This document shows positions 19,941-28,409 of a stretch of 51,309 nucleotides of DNA, one piece after another. The notes beneath the pieces are model-generated. The model searched no databases and was not told the origin of the DNA. It saw only the letters and a list, made by a program, of their open reading frames with translations. The first letter of the stretch is position 1. The number at the start of each line of letters is the position of its first letter. The stretch is from Blastocatellia bacterium (GTDB lineage: Bacteria; Acidobacteriota; Blastocatellia; RBC074). The stretch is taken from positions 1 to 51,309 of the forward strand of contig DATEMG010000282.1 of the NCBI GenBank assembly GCA_035275805.1. The letters are read 5' to 3'. The translations under genes and the position numbers were made by a program.

Positions 19941-21419
19941 ATGTCAGCGCGTTTCATCCCTGCGCTCATTATCGCTCTTTTTTGCGGCGGCCAGGCAATC
20001 GCGAACGACAACGAATGGTCGCGTTTCCGCGGCCCTAACGGCACGGGCGTTTCCGACGCGACGAACCTTCCGGCCGAGTTCGGCCCCGAGAAAAACGTCG
20101 TCTGGAAGACCGCGCTGCCGCCGGGTCATTCGTCGCCGGTGCTGGCCCGCACGCGCATTTACGTCACCGCCCATACTCAGATTGACCCGAAGAACAAGGC
20201 CGATTACCAACTCTTTGTCATCGCGCTCGACCGCAAGACGGGGAAAGAGCTGTGGCGGCGTGAAATCCCGCGCGCGCACAAGGGCCGCCTTGAGAACGTC
20301 AACGGCCCTGCGTCGGCCAGCCCCGTCACCGACGGCGAGAACGTCTACGCATTCTTTCAGGATTTTGGGCTGATCGCATTCGACGCCGGCGGCAAGGAGA
20401 AGTGGCGGGCGCCGCTGGGGCCGTTCAATATTTATTACGGCTACGGCGCGTCGCCCACCCTGGTTGACGACAAGCTGATCCTGCCCGTGGATCAAGACCT
20501 CGGGGCCTACCTGCTGGCCGTGGACAAGAACACCGGCAAAATTAAATGGAAGATTGATCGGCCCCAGGTCATTTCCGGTTACTCGACGCCGACCCTCTAT
20601 CAACCTAAGCAGGGCGCGAAGCAGTTGATCATTCCCGAATCGTTTCAACTCTCGGCCTATTCTGTGGCCGACGGGAAGCGCGTCTGGTGGGTGCGCGGGC
20701 TGGCTTGCGAGATGAAGTCGGTCGTCAGTTACGACAACGAATATTTGTACGTCAACGGCTGGGGCTTCCCACAGAATCAACCGGGCCAGCAGATCCCGAC
20801 CGTTCCCCTCGCCGAAGGTCTGGCGAAATACGACGAGGACAAAGACGGCGTGATAGCCAAGTCTGAACTCGAAAAAGTCGATCGGGCGAGCGGCGACAAG
20901 ATGGGCTTCTTACTCAAGGTCGCCTTCGAGGCTTTCGATCTGGATCGCGACCAGAAGCTCAACGCCAGGGATTGGGAGATCTTCCGCGCGATGATGGCGT
21001 CGGAGAATGGGTTGCTGGCGATCAAACTCGGCGGCGAAGGAGACATGACCGACAAGGCGATCCGCTGGAAGTATCAACGCCCGGTGCCGCAAGTGCCTTC
21101 AACATTGCTTTATCAAGGGGCGCTGTTTATGGTCAATGACAGCGGCATTCTGATCTCATTCGATCCGGTTACGGGCGCCGTCATCAAGCAAGGGCGGTTG
21201 AAGGGCGCGATTGACAAGTACTTCGCCTCGCCGGTGGGCGCCGACGGCAAAGTCTACTTGATCAGCCAGGACGGAACGGCTTCGGTCGTGAAGGCTTCGG
21301 GCGAATGGGATGTGTTGGCGGTCAACGCTCTCGACGACGAAGTCTTCGCCACGCCCGCGATCGCCGATGGGAAGATTTACGTGAGGACGAAGAGCGCGTT
21401 GTATTGCTTCGGGAAATAG
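19941..21419 (+). CDS. PQQ-like/BamB-like beta-propeller repeat protein with an inserted EF-hand pair
   Basis: Signal peptide, repeated G.vyv...dg.l.A.D..tGk..W blades, canonical EF loops DEDKDGVIAKSE and DLDRDQKLNARD. Confidence 0.8.
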   Translation: MSARFIPALIIALFCGGQAIANDNEWSRFRGPNGTGVSDATNLPAEFGPEKNVVWKTALPPGHSSPVLARTRIYVTAHTQIDPKNKADYQLFVIALDRKTGKELWRREIPRAHKGRLENVNGPASASPVTDGENVYAFFQDFGLIAFDAGGKEKWRAPLGPFNIYYGYGASPTLVDDKLILPVDQDLGAYLLAVDKNTGKIKWKIDRPQVISGYSTPTLYQPKQGAKQLIIPESFQLSAYSVADGKRVWWVRGLACEMKSVVSYDNEYLYVNGWGFPQNQPGQQIPTVPLAEGLAKYDEDKDGVIAKSELEKVDRASGDKMGFLLKVAFEAFDLDRDQKLNARDWEIFRAMMASENGLLAIKLGGEGDMTDKAIRWKYQRPVPQVPSTLLYQGALFMVNDSGILISFDPVTGAVIKQGRLKGAIDKYFASPVGADGKVYLISQDGTASVVKASGEWDVLAVNALDDEVFATPAIADGKIYVRTKSALYCFGK

Positions 21420-21489
21420 GGCTGCCGCGCGAAACCGATCGTGATAGAATTCCGGCTCCAAATCCGCATATCAACAATTCAGGGTCAAA

Positions 21490-21969
21490 ATGAACAAGGA
21501 GAAAAAAAGCTCTATGCTTTGGGTAATGTTCGCCATCGGCGCTGCCCTCTCGTGGGGAGTTTACGGCGCGATGTTGCATCAGGGACAGGTCAAGCTCGGC
21601 AGCCCGGTTCGCTCGCTGCTTTGCGTTGGCGTCGCGTACTTTTTGATCGGCGTCATCGTACCGGTCGCCATGCTCTACTCGCAGGGGCAGTTGACCGTCC
21701 AGGGGTGGAACGCCTTCGGGGCGACGACGGCGACGGGCGCCGGCGCGCTCGGCGCGGTCGGCGCGGTCTGCATCATCCTGGCTTTCAAGAGCGGCGGCCT
21801 GCCGACTTACGTAATGCCGCTGGTGTTCGGCGGCGCGCCGGTGATCAACGTGTTGGTCACGATGGTGCTTCACCCGCCGAAGACCGCGCCGAACCCGCTG
21901 CTCTTCCTTGGGTTCCTGCTGGTCGTGCTGGGCGCGAGCATGGTTCTCTATTTCAGACCGCAGTCCTAA
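21490..21969 (+). CDS. Small integral membrane protein (4-5 TM)
   Basis: 159 aa and hydrophobic throughout. No family recognised. Confidence 0.6.
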   Translation: MNKEKKSSMLWVMFAIGAALSWGVYGAMLHQGQVKLGSPVRSLLCVGVAYFLIGVIVPVAMLYSQGQLTVQGWNAFGATTATGAGALGAVGAVCIILAFKSGGLPTYVMPLVFGGAPVINVLVTMVLHPPKTAPNPLLFLGFLLVVLGASMVLYFRPQS

Positions 21970-22080
21970 TCAGTACCGCGAGCGGTAGCGAGCGTGGCCG
22001 AATCAGCCGACGCATTGATGAAATCACGCTCGTTACCGCTCGCGGTACTGATTACGCTCGTTATCACTCGCGGTGCTGAT
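21968..22080. repeat. ATCAGTACCGCGAGCGGTAGCGAGCG hairpin element (family copy 1, extra half-arm)
   Basis: 21968-21996 pairs with 22025-22053 (one mismatch). A further degenerate right-arm copy lies at 22054-22080. The element starts inside the stop codon of the upstream gene. Confidence 0.9.
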
Positions 22081-22109
22081 AAATACTGATCAAATAATAG
22101 GAGAGGGAT

Positions 22110-22994
22110 ATGTCTACGCCAAAAAGGTTGATCGAATCGAGATTTGCGCAACGAGGGTCTCCATATATCTTCGCGAATTTTTTGTCCTGGCCGGGGGTGA
22201 AAGTCAAGCACGGACGCTTTCTTCCCGGCGAGTCGACAAACATACATTTGAACAGGCACCACATCTTCATCCCGTTGGCCGGATCGTACGAAGGTTCGAT
22301 GGTGATGGCCAGCGGCAATATCGGTTACAGCAGACGGACCGTCGGCCAGGCGAGCATAGTGCCCGCGGGCCAGCAATATTCCGCGTATTGGGAAGAGGAG
22401 TTGGAAGACCTTGGAATTCACCTCGACCCTGATTATGTCGCGCGCCAGGCGAGAGATCTCGTTCAGACCGACCGCATCGACTTGATCGCCGAGTGCAGTG
22501 TCGGCGACCCTTTGGTTCATCAAATCGGACGGTCGCTGGCCGCCGAAGTGGACGCCGGGGCGCCGGCCGGAGCGATTTACGCCGAATCGCTGGTCAACAC
22601 GCTGGTGGCCCATCTGCTCAGGCATTATTCGAGCGCCGGCGAAAGATTCCAATATCATCTCGGCGGGCTGCCGAAACATAAGCTGCGTCGCGTGACCGAA
22701 TTCATCGAAGAAAACCTCGAACACGATTTGACGCTGGCCGAAATCGCCGAGATCGCCGAATTGAGCCCGTTCCACTTCGCGCGGTCTTTCAAACAGGCCA
22801 CCGGCTCGACGCCTATTCAATTCCTGACGCGGCGCAGGATCGATCTCGCCAAACGGCTGCTGGTCGAAAGCGAGCTGCCGATAGTCGAGATCGGGCTGCG
22901 CGCCGGTTTTAAGAATCAGAGCCACTTCACGACGCTGTTTCGCAAGACCACTGCGATGACGCCGAAGGCTTATCGCAATGAACACCTGCGTTGA
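22110..22994 (+). CDS. AraC-family transcriptional regulator
   Basis: C-terminal dual HTH: LTLAEIAEIAELSPFHFARSFKQATGSTPIQFL...GFKNQSHFTTLFRKTTAMTPKAYR. Confidence 0.9.
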   Translation: MSTPKRLIESRFAQRGSPYIFANFLSWPGVKVKHGRFLPGESTNIHLNRHHIFIPLAGSYEGSMVMASGNIGYSRRTVGQASIVPAGQQYSAYWEEELEDLGIHLDPDYVARQARDLVQTDRIDLIAECSVGDPLVHQIGRSLAAEVDAGAPAGAIYAESLVNTLVAHLLRHYSSAGERFQYHLGGLPKHKLRRVTEFIEENLEHDLTLAEIAEIAELSPFHFARSFKQATGSTPIQFLTRRRIDLAKRLLVESELPIVEIGLRAGFKNQSHFTTLFRKTTAMTPKAYRNEHLR

Positions 22995-23025
22995 GCCGGC
23001 GCTAAACAAATTTTCAGCAATCGCA

Positions 23026-23068
23026 GAAAAAAAGCGGCAATCAACCGAAAGATTGATTGCCGCTTTTT
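23026..23068. terminator. Bidirectional intrinsic terminator
   Basis: A7-GCGGCAATCAA-loop-TTGATTGCCGC-T6, just after the AraC gene stop. Confidence 0.7.
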
Positions 23069-23247
23069 TCTTACACTCCAACTCTGATCGAACTAGATCG
23101 GTTTGCGTGCGTCTACGGCGCCGGGCGATTTGTTTAATCGCCCTGTTTGAGGCTTTGTCCCATCAGGAAAGAGGCGCGAGGCGAACACCTCGCGCCCGGA
23201 GCTCCCGTATACCCAATCGCAGACAGCTCTAACTGAAGGGAGGCCCG

Positions 23248-23688
23248 ATGGACCCAAAACAACAGGATGTAGGACTCATCCTCAAACTATATGAATTGCG
23301 GCGCGACGAGATGATGCGCCGCGCGCGCAACTGGTATGTGACCGAATTTCAGCCAGAAAGCGCCAAAGACATCATCCGGTTGATGCTCAGCGGCCAGGAA
23401 CAAAGTTCGTATTACCGGATGGTCACTTCTTACTGGGACATGGCCGCGTCATTCGTCAACAACGGCGGAATTGACGAAAAGATGTTCCTGGAGGCCAACA
23501 CCGAACATATAGGCATTTTCGCCAGAATCGAGCCGTTCATCGCCGAAGTGCGCGAAGCTTTCGGCGAAGCCGATTACCTGATTCATCTGGAACGGCTAGT
23601 CATGAAAATCCCCAACGCCAAAGAGATCTTGGCCAACCGGCGCAAACTCTTCGAGCGATGGACGAAGGCTAAACAGACGAGCCAGTAA
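23248..23688 (+). CDS. Hypothetical protein
   Basis: 146-aa ORF with GGGAGG SD. No family recognised. Confidence 0.6.
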   Translation: MDPKQQDVGLILKLYELRRDEMMRRARNWYVTEFQPESAKDIIRLMLSGQEQSSYYRMVTSYWDMAASFVNNGGIDEKMFLEANTEHIGIFARIEPFIAEVREAFGEADYLIHLERLVMKIPNAKEILANRRKLFERWTKAKQTSQ

Positions 23689-23742
23689 CACTCGACAACC
23701 TAACTATACATACTCGCCGATCTAGAGCGGGAAGGAGGGAGC

Positions 23743-24468
23743 ATGCTAAATCGAATCACCATTACATTGTTGTTCCTTGCGCTGGCGGCAGGCGCCGTGG
23801 GCGTCAAGGCCCAGATAAACGACGCAAACGAGGCGATAGAGCGAGGGAACGGGTTTTTCCATCGCGGGCAATACGAGTTGGCGATCTTCGAATATCGGGG
23901 CGCTCTGAATTGGCCCGGCGGGCATCAGGCCCGCGCCCTTTTCAACATCGGAGTTTGCAAACATAGGCTCGGACGCCCGCGCGAGGCCGTGGCCGAATAC
24001 CGCGCGGCGCTCGAATTGAGCGAAGGCCAATATCCATCGGCTTCTTACGCGTTGGGAATCGCACTTCAGGATTTGCGGCGATACCGGGAAGCCCGCGACG
24101 CCTTCGCGCAGGCGGTGAAGATCTCGGGCGGGAAGCACGCCGAGGCTCTATTCGAACTGGCGCTGGAATCGCAGCGCGTTGGAGACGACAGCGAGGCGGT
24201 CGAGCATTACCGCCAGGCCGTCGCGCAGTCGAAAGACGGCATCCCCGCCTGCCACAACAACCTGGGTGTGATTATGGCTAAGGCGGGTCTGTTCGAAGAG
24301 GCGGCGCGCGAGTTTGAGCGCGCGATCAAGCGGTCGCGCGGCAAATTTGCCGAAGCCAGTCAAAACCTGGCGCGGCTTCGACAAATGCTCGACGGCCCGT
24401 CGCCAGCGATGATCGCCAGCCTGAAGACGGTCGAGAGCGCGTCGAGAAGCGGAATGAAGGCCGAATGA
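23743..24468 (+). CDS. Secreted TPR-repeat protein
   Basis: Signal peptide plus several 34-aa TPR-like units (A..Y..AL.....A.. pattern). GGAGGGAG SD. Confidence 0.75.
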   Translation: MLNRITITLLFLALAAGAVGVKAQINDANEAIERGNGFFHRGQYELAIFEYRGALNWPGGHQARALFNIGVCKHRLGRPREAVAEYRAALELSEGQYPSASYALGIALQDLRRYREARDAFAQAVKISGGKHAEALFELALESQRVGDDSEAVEHYRQAVAQSKDGIPACHNNLGVIMAKAGLFEEAAREFERAIKRSRGKFAEASQNLARLRQMLDGPSPAMIASLKTVESASRSGMKAE

Positions 24469-24523
24469 TTCAACGCCAATTTCCCATATGCCATTTTAGG
24501 TTTTCCAATTATCATTGTTGACA

Positions 24524-24611
24524 GTTCGTAGTCCCGCCTTTAGGCGGAAGAGTTTGGTAGCACGGGATAGATTTACATCTGACCTTTCCGCCTAAAGGCG
24601 GGACTACGAAC
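24524..24611. repeat. GTAGTCCCGCCTTTAGGCGGAA hairpin element (family copy 1)
   Basis: 24524-24549 is the exact reverse complement of 24586-24611 (26 bp). Confidence 0.9.
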
Positions 24612-24636
24612 AGATTTTCCGAGGAGCGTCAACTTA

Positions 24637-25179
24637 ATGATCTATCACACCATTACCGACATTCTGTCTGCGAACGAACAGGCGCAGGACCGTTTCATTG
24701 CCGCAGTCTCGAACTTGACCGAGGCGCAGGCCAATTTCCGAGCAGATGAAAATCAATGGACGATCGCAGAAATCGTCGAACACATCAGCATCGTCAACGG
24801 CGGCTTCCTGCGGCTCACACACAAGCTGTTAAAGGAGGCCGAATCGGCGCCCAAGCCGACTAAAACCGATTTGAATCTCGGCCACACATCGCTTGATAAA
24901 AACGGTCAGCAGCGGGGGCCGTTTCCGGCGCCTGAGCAGGTGCGTCCAAAGGGAGGCGTGAGCGTCGAGGATTCGTTGGCAAAGATGCGCGTGGCGCTGG
25001 CTGGTTTCGCGGATATTCAACCACGACTCGAAGCTGTCGATCTGTCAGAGCAGGTGTTCCCGCATCCCGCTTTAGGGCCGTTCAACGCTTATCAATGGAT
25101 GGTCCTGCTGGGCGAGCACGAAGACCGCCACCGCGCCCAGATCGAGAGGGTGAAAACGGCCTCCGGGTTTCCTCTCTAA
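24637..25179 (+). CDS. DinB-family (four-helix metalloenzyme-like) protein
   Basis: WTIAEIVEHI and LGEHEDRHRAQIE, a His triad arrangement typical of the DinB superfamily. Confidence 0.8.
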   Translation: MIYHTITDILSANEQAQDRFIAAVSNLTEAQANFRADENQWTIAEIVEHISIVNGGFLRLTHKLLKEAESAPKPTKTDLNLGHTSLDKNGQQRGPFPAPEQVRPKGGVSVEDSLAKMRVALAGFADIQPRLEAVDLSEQVFPHPALGPFNAYQWMVLLGEHEDRHRAQIERVKTASGFPL

Positions 25180-25188
25180 AGTAGCGCG

Positions 25189-26571
25189 CTAAAACAATGC
25201 GTCGAGCGCATCGCCCACCGAGCGCACGCCGATGACTTCCAAACGGTCATCTTCCGGCAGCCCGCTCAGGTTATTCTTCGGCAACACGACGCGCTTGAAC
25301 CCCATTCGGGCGGCCTCGCGCAAACGCACGGCGGCGTGGTTAGTCGCGCGAATCTCGCCGGCCAGCCCGACCTCGCCGAACACGACCGTGTGTTCGTTGA
25401 TCGGTATGTTGCGGAAGCTCGAAGTCACCGCCGCGACGATCCCCAGGTCTACAGCTGGCTCGTCCAGGGCGATCCCTCCGACCAGGTTGACGAAAATGTC
25501 GTCTCCGGAGAGATGAAACCCGGCCCGTTTTTCGAGCATCGCCACCAGCAGCGCCACGCGGTTGATCTCGACTCCCTGGGTAGTGCGCCGGCCCGTCCCG
25601 AATTTCGACGAACTGACCAGAGCCTGGATTTCGACAAGCATCGGGCGCGTGCCTTCCATCGCCGCGATCACCGCCGAGCCTGAGGCGCCGATCGGGCGCT
25701 CGTTCAAAAATACCTCCGAAGGGTTGGGCACGCCGACCAGCCCCGCGCCGGTCATCTCGAAGATGCCGAGTTCGTTCGCCGCCCCGAAGCGGTTTTTGGC
25801 CGCACGCAATATGCGGTGATTGTGATGGCGTTCGCCTTCGAAATAGAGAACCGTGTCGACGATGTGTTCCAGCGCCTTCGGCCCCGCGATCATTCCCTCT
25901 TTGGTCACATGGCCGATCAGAAAAACGGGCACGGTCAGATTTTTCGCGAGCAGCAGGAATTGCCCCGCGACCTCGCGGACTTGCGAGACAGATCCCGGCG
26001 CGCTCTCCAGCTTCTCGGAGAAGATGGTTTGAACCGAGTCGATGATGATCGCCTGCGGCTGCAGTTTATTGATCTCGTCGAAGACGCGTTCAAGGTTGGT
26101 TTCGGAGAGCAGATAAAGCCCCGCCGGATTGACGCCCAGCCGCTCGCCGCGGAGCTTGATCTGGCGCTCGCTCTCTTCGCCTGATACATAGAGCGCGCTG
26201 CCGTAAAGCGCGCTGAGCCTGTCGGCGACCTGGCTTAGTAATGTACTTTTCCCAATCCCCGGTTCGCCACCAATCAACACAAGCGATCCCGGCACGATGC
26301 CGCCGCCGAGCACGCGGTCGAACTCTTCAATGCCGGTGACCTCGCGCGAATCGTCCTGCGCTTCGATCTCTGTGAACGGGACCGGCTTGGTTTCGCGCAG
26401 ACGAAGCCCCCCGCGCGGACCATGAGCGCCCTCTTTCGGCGCAGCGCGTTCGCGCTCTTCGACGAACGTGTTCCATCCCCCACAGTCGGGGCATTTACCC
26501 AGCCACTTGCGCGATTGATTGCCACAGCTCTGGCAGGCGTAAACTGTGCGTGGTCCTTTCGTTGATGCCAT
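25189..26571 (-). CDS. radA: DNA repair protein RadA/Sms
   Basis: Zinc ribbon CQSCGNQSRKWLGKCPDCGGWNT, Walker A GGEPGIGKST, KNRFG motif, Lon-like C-terminal domain. Confidence 0.96.
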   Translation of the reverse strand: MASTKGPRTVYACQSCGNQSRKWLGKCPDCGGWNTFVEERERAAPKEGAHGPRGGLRLRETKPVPFTEIEAQDDSREVTGIEEFDRVLGGGIVPGSLVLIGGEPGIGKSTLLSQVADRLSALYGSALYVSGEESERQIKLRGERLGVNPAGLYLLSETNLERVFDEINKLQPQAIIIDSVQTIFSEKLESAPGSVSQVREVAGQFLLLAKNLTVPVFLIGHVTKEGMIAGPKALEHIVDTVLYFEGERHHNHRILRAAKNRFGAANELGIFEMTGAGLVGVPNPSEVFLNERPIGASGSAVIAAMEGTRPMLVEIQALVSSSKFGTGRRTTQGVEINRVALLVAMLEKRAGFHLSGDDIFVNLVGGIALDEPAVDLGIVAAVTSSFRNIPINEHTVVFGEVGLAGEIRATNHAAVRLREAARMGFKRVVLPKNNLSGLPEDDRLEVIGVRSVGDALDALF

Positions 26572-26594
26572 GGCTGCATTTTAAGCTACTGCGC

Positions 26595-26726
26595 TGAGGA
26601 AGAGGAAGATGGAGGATGGAGGACGGAGGATGGAGGATGGAGGATCGAAAATCGCGCCATCGCGCATAAGAAGATTCTCGATCTTCGATCCTCGATCTTC
26701 GATCCTCGATCCTCGATCCTCGATCC
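26595..26726. repeat. Hairpin element with (GGAGGAT)n versus (ATCCTCG)n arms
   Basis: Roughly 55-nt arms of tandem heptamers, about 80% complementary, with a mismatch recurring once per heptamer. Central core GAGGATCGAAAATCGCGCCA...GATTCTCGATC. Confidence 0.85.
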
Positions 26727-26728
26727 CT

Positions 26729-27568
26729 TCAGGCCATCACCGCGAGCATTCCCAGAATCGGCTTGCCGAGGCGGTCGTCGCCGATGATTTCGATTCGCGC
26801 CGCGGCTTCTTCCTGCGACAGCCCTTTAGTCAACAGGCGCCATGCCGCGTCCTGATCCATCCGAACCTCGCAGGCGGCGCCTTCGCCCTCGCCTGTATAA
26901 AGGCTCCATGATCCGCCTTCGCGCCTCAAAGTCCAGGCCCCGCCCGCCTCGCCCGCGATGATGAAGACGACGCTCAATCCTTCATCGGCTTGCGTCTCCC
27001 GGTACGTGTGGGGCAGCGCTCTGAGGAAAGTGTCGAGTGCGGGAAATAGCCATTTGCGGCTGGTTAGCGCCGGCGCGCCGACGGCGTCGCGAATCTGCTG
27101 CTGATGATGCCATTTCTCGGTGTATTCGCGCGCGATGTCGAACCAGTTCTGTGATTCTGGCTCACCCGCCCACGCGACGCCGAACAGCGCGGGCGCGAAA
27201 GGATCGAGCGACCTAAAAAGCTCGCAGACTTGCGCGCCTGTGACTTCGAGAAATTCGATCAGCAGTCTCGGGCTGATTCGCCGCGCCGCTCTGATCCAAT
27301 CGGCGTTGAGCCGATTCAGAAAATCGACCAGATCGCGGTAACTTTCAACCGGCGATTCGGGCGGGGCCATCGGCGCTTTATCACGCTGGTATGAGAGTCG
27401 CCGGACGTCGCTGTCTAGCAGATGCGCGGCGACGTCTTTCACGGTCCACTGGCGCGCCGCCGTGGGTTTGCTCCAATCGTCGTCGGATAAGTTCCTGAGC
27501 AGAGACAAAAGCTCGCCGTGAATCCGGCAGAAAAGTTCCGTGACAAAAATAGGTTCAACAGATTTCAT
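26729..27568 (-). CDS. DinB/maleylpyruvate-isomerase-like N-terminal domain protein with SCP2-like C-terminus
   Basis: WTVKDVAAHLLDSD metal-binding helix pattern. Start placed at the ATG (MKSVEP); the track's TTG start at 27676 adds 36 unconserved-looking residues. Confidence 0.6.
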   Translation of the reverse strand: MKSVEPIFVTELFCRIHGELLSLLRNLSDDDWSKPTAARQWTVKDVAAHLLDSDVRRLSYQRDKAPMAPPESPVESYRDLVDFLNRLNADWIRAARRISPRLLIEFLEVTGAQVCELFRSLDPFAPALFGVAWAGEPESQNWFDIAREYTEKWHHQQQIRDAVGAPALTSRKWLFPALDTFLRALPHTYRETQADEGLSVVFIIAGEAGGAWTLRREGGSWSLYTGEGEGAACEVRMDQDAAWRLLTKGLSQEEAAARIEIIGDDRLGKPILGMLAVMA

Positions 27569-27750
27569 ACGCGTCGCCGGTGATTGTCCATGAGCTATAA
27601 GAAAATGTCCATCGCCGCGCATTGGCATATGCCTTGCTCGAATGAAGTCGAGCGTGATTACGCGAGTATCGGTCAAAAGGCGCGGAGGGCGCGCATAACG
27701 CCCTTCGCGCTATCCCTTTATAAACCGCTCCCTGCTTTGAGTGAATCGCC

Positions 27751-28278
27751 ATGAATAAACAACATCTGATGATTGTTTTGGGAGCGCTCCTCGCGCTGGC
27801 GAGCGCGAATTGCGAAAGGCGGAGCGTCGACGACTCCGCCATCACCGCCATAGTGAAAAGCAAATTGGCGGTTGACAATGAGACCAGCTCGGCCAACATC
27901 AACGTGGATACGATGAACGGCGTAGTCACACTGACCGGCATTGTCACGACGCGCGCCAATAAAGAGCAGGCCGAGCGGATAGCCAGGAACACCGTGGGCG
28001 TAACGCGCGTCATCAATAACATAACGGTCGAGACAAACGGCGATCACGACGCCGGAGAGGGCGCGGGTATGTCGGCGAGCGACCTGGCGATTTTGTCTAG
28101 GATCAAGACACGGTATGTCGCGGAAGGCGTCATCGGCCCCAAGGTGGAAGTGAAGGACGGCATGGTCACGCTCACGGGGAATGTAGAAAACCCTCAGATC
28201 AGGATCAGGGCCGAAAACATCGCCAGAGCCACAAGCGGCGTCAAGGAAGTCAATAACATGATAGAAGTCAGCCAGTGA
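27751..28278 (+). CDS. BON-domain (OsmY-like) periplasmic protein, two BON domains
   Basis: Lipoprotein-like signal, then twice ...V.V....GVVTLTG.V.....R..AE.IAR...GV..V.N.I.V. Confidence 0.85.
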   Translation: MNKQHLMIVLGALLALASANCERRSVDDSAITAIVKSKLAVDNETSSANINVDTMNGVVTLTGIVTTRANKEQAERIARNTVGVTRVINNITVETNGDHDAGEGAGMSASDLAILSRIKTRYVAEGVIGPKVEVKDGMVTLTGNVENPQIRIRAENIARATSGVKEVNNMIEVSQ

Positions 28279-28300
28279 CGCTTGGATTGCGCCATGTGTA

Positions 28301-28318
28301 GTATTTCATATGAAATAC
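28301..28318. promoter_or_regulatory. Perfect 18-bp AT-rich palindrome GTATTTCATATGAAATAC (candidate operator)
   Basis: Exact dyad symmetry between the BON gene stop and the PBP gene start. Confidence 0.3.
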
Positions 28319-28409
28319 GGCGCATGCGATGGTTTATCTGGCATAGTCGTTGCACCTTTCATTTCTGAACTCGCCTGGAACCGCGGCGAGCGATCGGAAT
28401 GGAGGGGCC

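Noticed and set aside
21966-23081. 371-aa minus-strand ORF.
   Set aside because: It is antisense to the AraC-family gene, which has a clear dual HTH. It begins and ends in repeat or terminator sequence.
26595-26726. Tandem short repeats here, and at 118-247 and 42785-42876, considered as possible CRISPR arrays.
   Set aside because: The units are 6-8 nt and directly adjacent, with no spacers. The arms are inverted copies of each other. No cas genes are in the window.
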